Origin: Eledone cirrhosa
Lineage: Eukaryota
Length of the DNA stretch: 64,000 nucleotides
Assembly (NCBI GenBank): GCA_964016885.1
Contig: OZ024742.1
Location: 3,348,001 to 3,412,000, forward strand
Direction of reading: 5' to 3'
Below, one piece after another: positions 59,468 to 64,000 of this stretch. The position numbers and the translations under genes were made by a program. How positions within the stretch are numbered: position 1 is the first letter of the stretch; each line of letters opens with the position of its first letter. The notes beneath the pieces are model-generated. The model saw only the letters and a list, made by a program, of their open reading frames with translations. It was not told where the DNA came from and did no database searches.

Positions 59468-59542
59468 AAATAAAGGATTATGAGTTCATGCAATTGACTT
59501 ATGTTTCGTCACTATATATATCTATCTATATATATAGAGAGA

Positions 59543-61135
59543 GAATAAGGAAAAGCGAAGTAGTTTCAGATGTTCAAGTCCTTTAATAATAATGCTGTGA
59601 TATATATTTCAGTGACGACATTGGCCACACTGTTCTGTGTGCGAGTGTCGTGTCATCATCAGACAGCTTGTTACATAATAAGGTTATGTTTCCGAGGCAA
59701 TCCAAATTGGATCGACATGGGAACGGATGAATTGCGTGTTTTGGGGTTTTTCATCCGCTCCCTTGTGAGTACCAATTCACCCCCACCGGCCTACGCAAGC
59801 GCATGTCCGAAGGAAGTTGACCATTAGCCACCGCATATTTCAACGAAATTTGCTTAGTCAGTTCACCCTGTCAGCCGATATGGTGGAGAAGAGAGGAACC
59901 AACCATAAGCTACCCCGGAAATTCCCTCTACCATGGGGATGGAAACCCCTTACACTGGACGGACATAATAGTAACTTTCGGCAGGATAAATAACACGGAA
60001 ACAAATAATAGGATAAACCCCTATTTTCCTGCACCAAATCGCATTTGAACAGAGGCCCTCTCAATTCAATCTATACATGGACAGATGGACAATCATATGG
60101 ATCATTTTGCATATATGTACTCTGTGTTTTTGCATTTATTCACTATTGGTTCTGTTCTTTTCTTTTGTGTACTTTATGTCTGTTTTTCTTTGATTTTGTT
60201 CCATGTGATGGAAATTAGGACTGTGTACCAGATTCACTAATGCCTGGAGCCCTGTAGTTATAATGTACGGCACTGTCGTTCAATATGTGGATAGAGTAAC
60301 TGTGACACTAGAATCCCTCTCAGAACATATTACTTAAACATCTCTCTCTATATTATTTACTCACTTCAGTCTATATTTTTACTCACCTCAATCCGAATTA
60401 TCACCTGAAAAGAATTTTTTTAATTCTTTAATTTCTAACTGTTAATTTCTTAATTGTTTAATTTATAATTTCTGATATTTGATTTAGGATTTTAATTTTT
60501 ATTTCCAACTCTCACTCTTAACTTCCAACGTAAAACCATGATACCTAGAATAAGTTTATTTTCCCTTATACGGTGATGGTCAGTCGTACCGTCAACGCTT
60601 AGTGAGGGGTAGTATTATGACCTGTAAAACCTAACACTCTCCCATCCCCTCTGGCTCTCGGCTGACTGCCACAGCCGTGATGGGTAGCAGTAAAATATGG
60701 TACAGGCATTGGTGGGCCATTGTTTTGGCTGACAGGGTGAACTGACCAAGCAAATTTCGTTGAAATATGCGGTGGCTAATGGTCAACTTCCTTCGGACAT
60801 GCGCTTGCGCAGGCCGGTGGGGGTGAATTGGTACTCACAAGGGAGCGGATGAAAAACCCAAAAATACGCAATTCATCCGTTCCCATGTCGATCCAATTTG
60901 GATTGCCTCGGAAACATAACCTTATTATGTAACAAGCTGTCTGAAGATGACACGACACTCGCACACAGAACAGTGTGGCCAGTGTCGTCACTGAAATATA
61001 TATCACAGCATTATTATTAAAGGACTTGAACATCTGAAACTACTTCGCTTTTCCTTATTCGATATTTACTCCGTCACTCCTATGTGGAAAAAGTACGTTG
61101 AGTGCTTGAATTGAATTGCATCAATGTTTACCCTA
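59543..61135 (+). mobile_element. Non-coding fold-back with ~330-bp arms (59543-59875 / 60727-61060)
   Basis: Mirrored ORFs 59570-59827 and 60776-61033; a hammerhead on each arm. Confidence 0.85.
60936..61009 (+). ncRNA. Hammerhead ribozyme (mirror 59594-59667 on minus, CUGAUGA core)
   Basis: GCTGT CTGAAGA TGACACGACACT...AGTGTCGTCA CT GAAA TATATA TC ACAGC. Confidence 0.85.
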
Positions 61136-61484
61136 ATATATATATGAGGAAATAATAGACAAAAATATACCTATATATATATATATATATATACAGTATT
61201 TTCTGTTGTGTTGTAATATAAATATTACACACAGTAGATTATCAGCTCACGTAGAGTTTGCTCGACGGTTCCAGTTGTAGTTCCAAAGTAATCCGGAGAA
61301 AAATAGAAAGATTTGAATGGATACAGTTTAGTTGAAAGGAATTTATTGACACGTGTTTCTATAACAGTTACATAACCTGAAAACAGCTGCTATCTTCAAA
61401 CTTTTAGTTATGCAGACATTCAATATTTCAATGTTATTATTTACTGTCATTTCATCAGAATAATATTACTGAGGACCTATTTAG

Positions 61485-61593
<109 letters not shown>

Positions 61594-62531
61594 TAGGGAG
61601 TGAGAGAATAAGAAAAAAATATTTCGCTTTCAAAGATTAGTCGCGCATTTGTTTGAACATGGAAGGAACCTTCTCAGGAGATTTCCGTGCAAGTGGCTGA
61701 GCATTCCACTGCCATGTCTACACTTAATGTAATTTTCATATATATGTAGTATTACTAACTATGTGATACGGCAGGCCAGTTGCATTGATTCAAAATATCT
61801 GTACTCGTGACAATATAATCCATTAAATTCCATTCATGGCAATGCCCCAGCATGGTCGTAGACTAACGAAAGAAACTAGTTATAGCATGAAACTAAATTA
61901 ACAATTATGCAAGGTTTCAACTGCTTCTCTCAAATATTGAATCCATCATTTAGAAGAGGAGTATATATGTTGGAACTTACCGGAATAGTCACAGAAATAA
62001 TGAAAAGGTAAAAGTATTTTGTTGTATAATCGTTTCTTAAATATTTCAAATTGAATTTACATTTTGAAATCTATTGTTACCTGTTTTATATCTCCTGCCA
62101 TTCCAACGTTATATAATTCACGTTTTTTTTTTTTGAGGATAGCCAATTGCATAAAATGTGTACAAGATAATAATACGTAAAATAAAATACTTGTAAATTT
62201 CAAACTTGTATTGATTTTCATATATTAAAGAAAGATAATACTATATTTTCAAGAAGATATGAAACTAATTTCATTTTCTATTCATTTGCGATTTTTTCTT
62301 TGTTGTCCAGTTTTTTCCCTTATATTTTATAAATACGTATCATATACTTGAGTGATAGCTGTTTAAAAGTATATGTCATTTTTATATCGGCAACGATGGG
62401 AATCAAATATAAATATATATATATATATTCTTTTTTAAATTTAAGTTCGTGCAAAAGTATGTGAAAAAGAGAGATGAATTCGTTCAAAATATAAATTGTT
62501 ATGAGACACTAAATATACATATAACTATAAT

Positions 62532-62714
62532 AATAATTGTTTCTACTTTTGGCACAAGGCCAGTAATTACCCAGTGCGTTACTGGTACTTTATTTTATCG
62601 ACCCCGTAAGGATGAAAGGCAAAGTTTACCTCGGTGGGATTTGAACTCAGACGATAAAGGACTGTAACTCTATGCTGCAAAGCATGGTGTCCAACTCTCT
62701 ACCGATACTGCCAA
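62532..62714 (-). mobile_element. tRNA-derived SINE
   Basis: TTGGCAGTATCGG A box, GTTCAAATCC B box. Confidence 0.88.
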
Positions 62715-62724
62715 TAATAATAAT

Positions 62725-64000
62725 GATTTCATTTATTAGCCACAAGGGCCTACATGTAGGGGACAATACAAAGACAAGGACAGTGTGGTTTTACAATAAG
62801 GTCGAGTAAAAGTGCACAATGGCAAGACTAATTTAACAATGAAAATATAAAAATATAAAATAAACTATGCATAAATATAACAAAATAAATTCCCCGAGTG
62901 ACTCGGGTACCCCACCAATCCTGAACCACCCTGCGCTTCTAGGGCACCCAGGGAGAGCACCCCTCTCCTCAAGTTAGCTAGCCTATAGGCGCATGGTCAG
63001 AGTAGGCCCATTCACACGAGCCATTCTCGCCACATTCACCCACCTTTTAGCAAATGTACTGGGAGGCAGCACTTCTCTCCCCAGCCTCACCTTCCTTTCC
63101 AGGTGAAACTTGAAGAAGTTGATGAGCGATTGGCCGAAGAGAAAAGTGTCTGTCTTTAGTCCTTTTAACCTGGTCCACCATATTACCTCTTTCGTAACTG
63201 CCACCAGACAGAAAATTTCCTGCTCTTCCTGACCTAAGGAAGGCGGTGGATCGATCTTCACTATGGACTCGGCCGATAGCCGGATTCGTTCCACACGCGA
63301 CAGTAGCTGTTCGACATAACTCCACAAGTCAGTAATTCACGGACATTGGACAAATGCGTGCAGAACGGTTTCGTCGTTCCATGCGCATCTTGGGCAGATT
63401 CGTCTGACAGCACTTCCGTGCCTGTAGAGGTTATCCCGAACCGGCAGTGCCCCCCGGTAGCACTGCCAAGCGAGGGATTTCTGGAAATTGTCCATCGTCC
63501 CCGGCTCAAAAGTCCTCCGGTACAGACTGGTCAGTTCGACTTCGTCGAGGCCCAAAGCTTCTCCGAGTGCGTCATCGCACTTTCCCACCAATAATCCTCT
63601 ATAGAACTCGAGAGTGGAAGTTCCACTGATCGCATTGCTCGCTTGGTAGAGGGCAGTGAGTGCCTGACAACATTCCAGGCGCCAGTCACCGGGTCTCGGT
63701 CTGTTCTTGACCCAGGACTGCAGCTCAGTCAAAGAAATGAGCTGCGGAAAGCCCGACTGATAAACGGCGACCACACCTGTTCACAGTTGAGGCAGAATAT
63801 CTGGAGATGTCGCAGCCTCAACGCATGTCTGCGCATCATTAGCCACGGCATGCCCAGCCCTCCGCGTAGAGGGGGCTGGCAGCAGATGGACTACCTCACC
63901 AACGGAACTTGTGCGCCCCACAAGAATTTGAAGAGGAGCCGTTCCAACTTGACGAGGCGCGGACGGGCGAAAGGCACGACGGTCAGGCGGTAGTAGATGA
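62725..64000 (-). mobile_element. 3' part of a third Tx1/L1-clade LINE (runs off the window)
   Basis: GGLGMPWL..MDNFQKSLAWQCYRGALPVRD..CPRC..ETVLHAFVQCP. Confidence 0.92.

Overview
Eukaryotic, microsatellite-saturated DNA. The SINE family and (TA)n/(CA)n/(GA)n load suggest an octopus/cephalopod genome; this is inference. Only one host exon was found: 145 nt on the minus strand (14222-14366), encoding part of the ligand-binding domain of a metabotropic glutamate receptor-like class C GPCR of the mangetout/mXR type. The rest of the window is therefore probably two very large introns. They hold more than 20 fragments of Penelope-like retroelements (PLEs; Naiad-like, Neptune-like and a third lineage) inserted in (TA)n, three Tx1/L1-clade LINEs (one near full length), two RTE LINEs and tRNA-derived SINEs. 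The main unlisted signal is about 30 type I hammerhead ribozyme motifs read by eye on both strands. They include U3:A8, U4A and U4C core variants, very long stem II forms and one retrozyme-like ~321-nt tandem. Most sit in fold-back insertions of 0.1-5.8 kb with one long and one short arm, and the long arms of otherwise unrelated families share a TTGAGYRCY-like motif 30-65 nt from the 3' end. Nearly all supplied ORFs are microsatellite or antisense artefacts. All folds and alignments were done by eye, and element boundaries are approximate.
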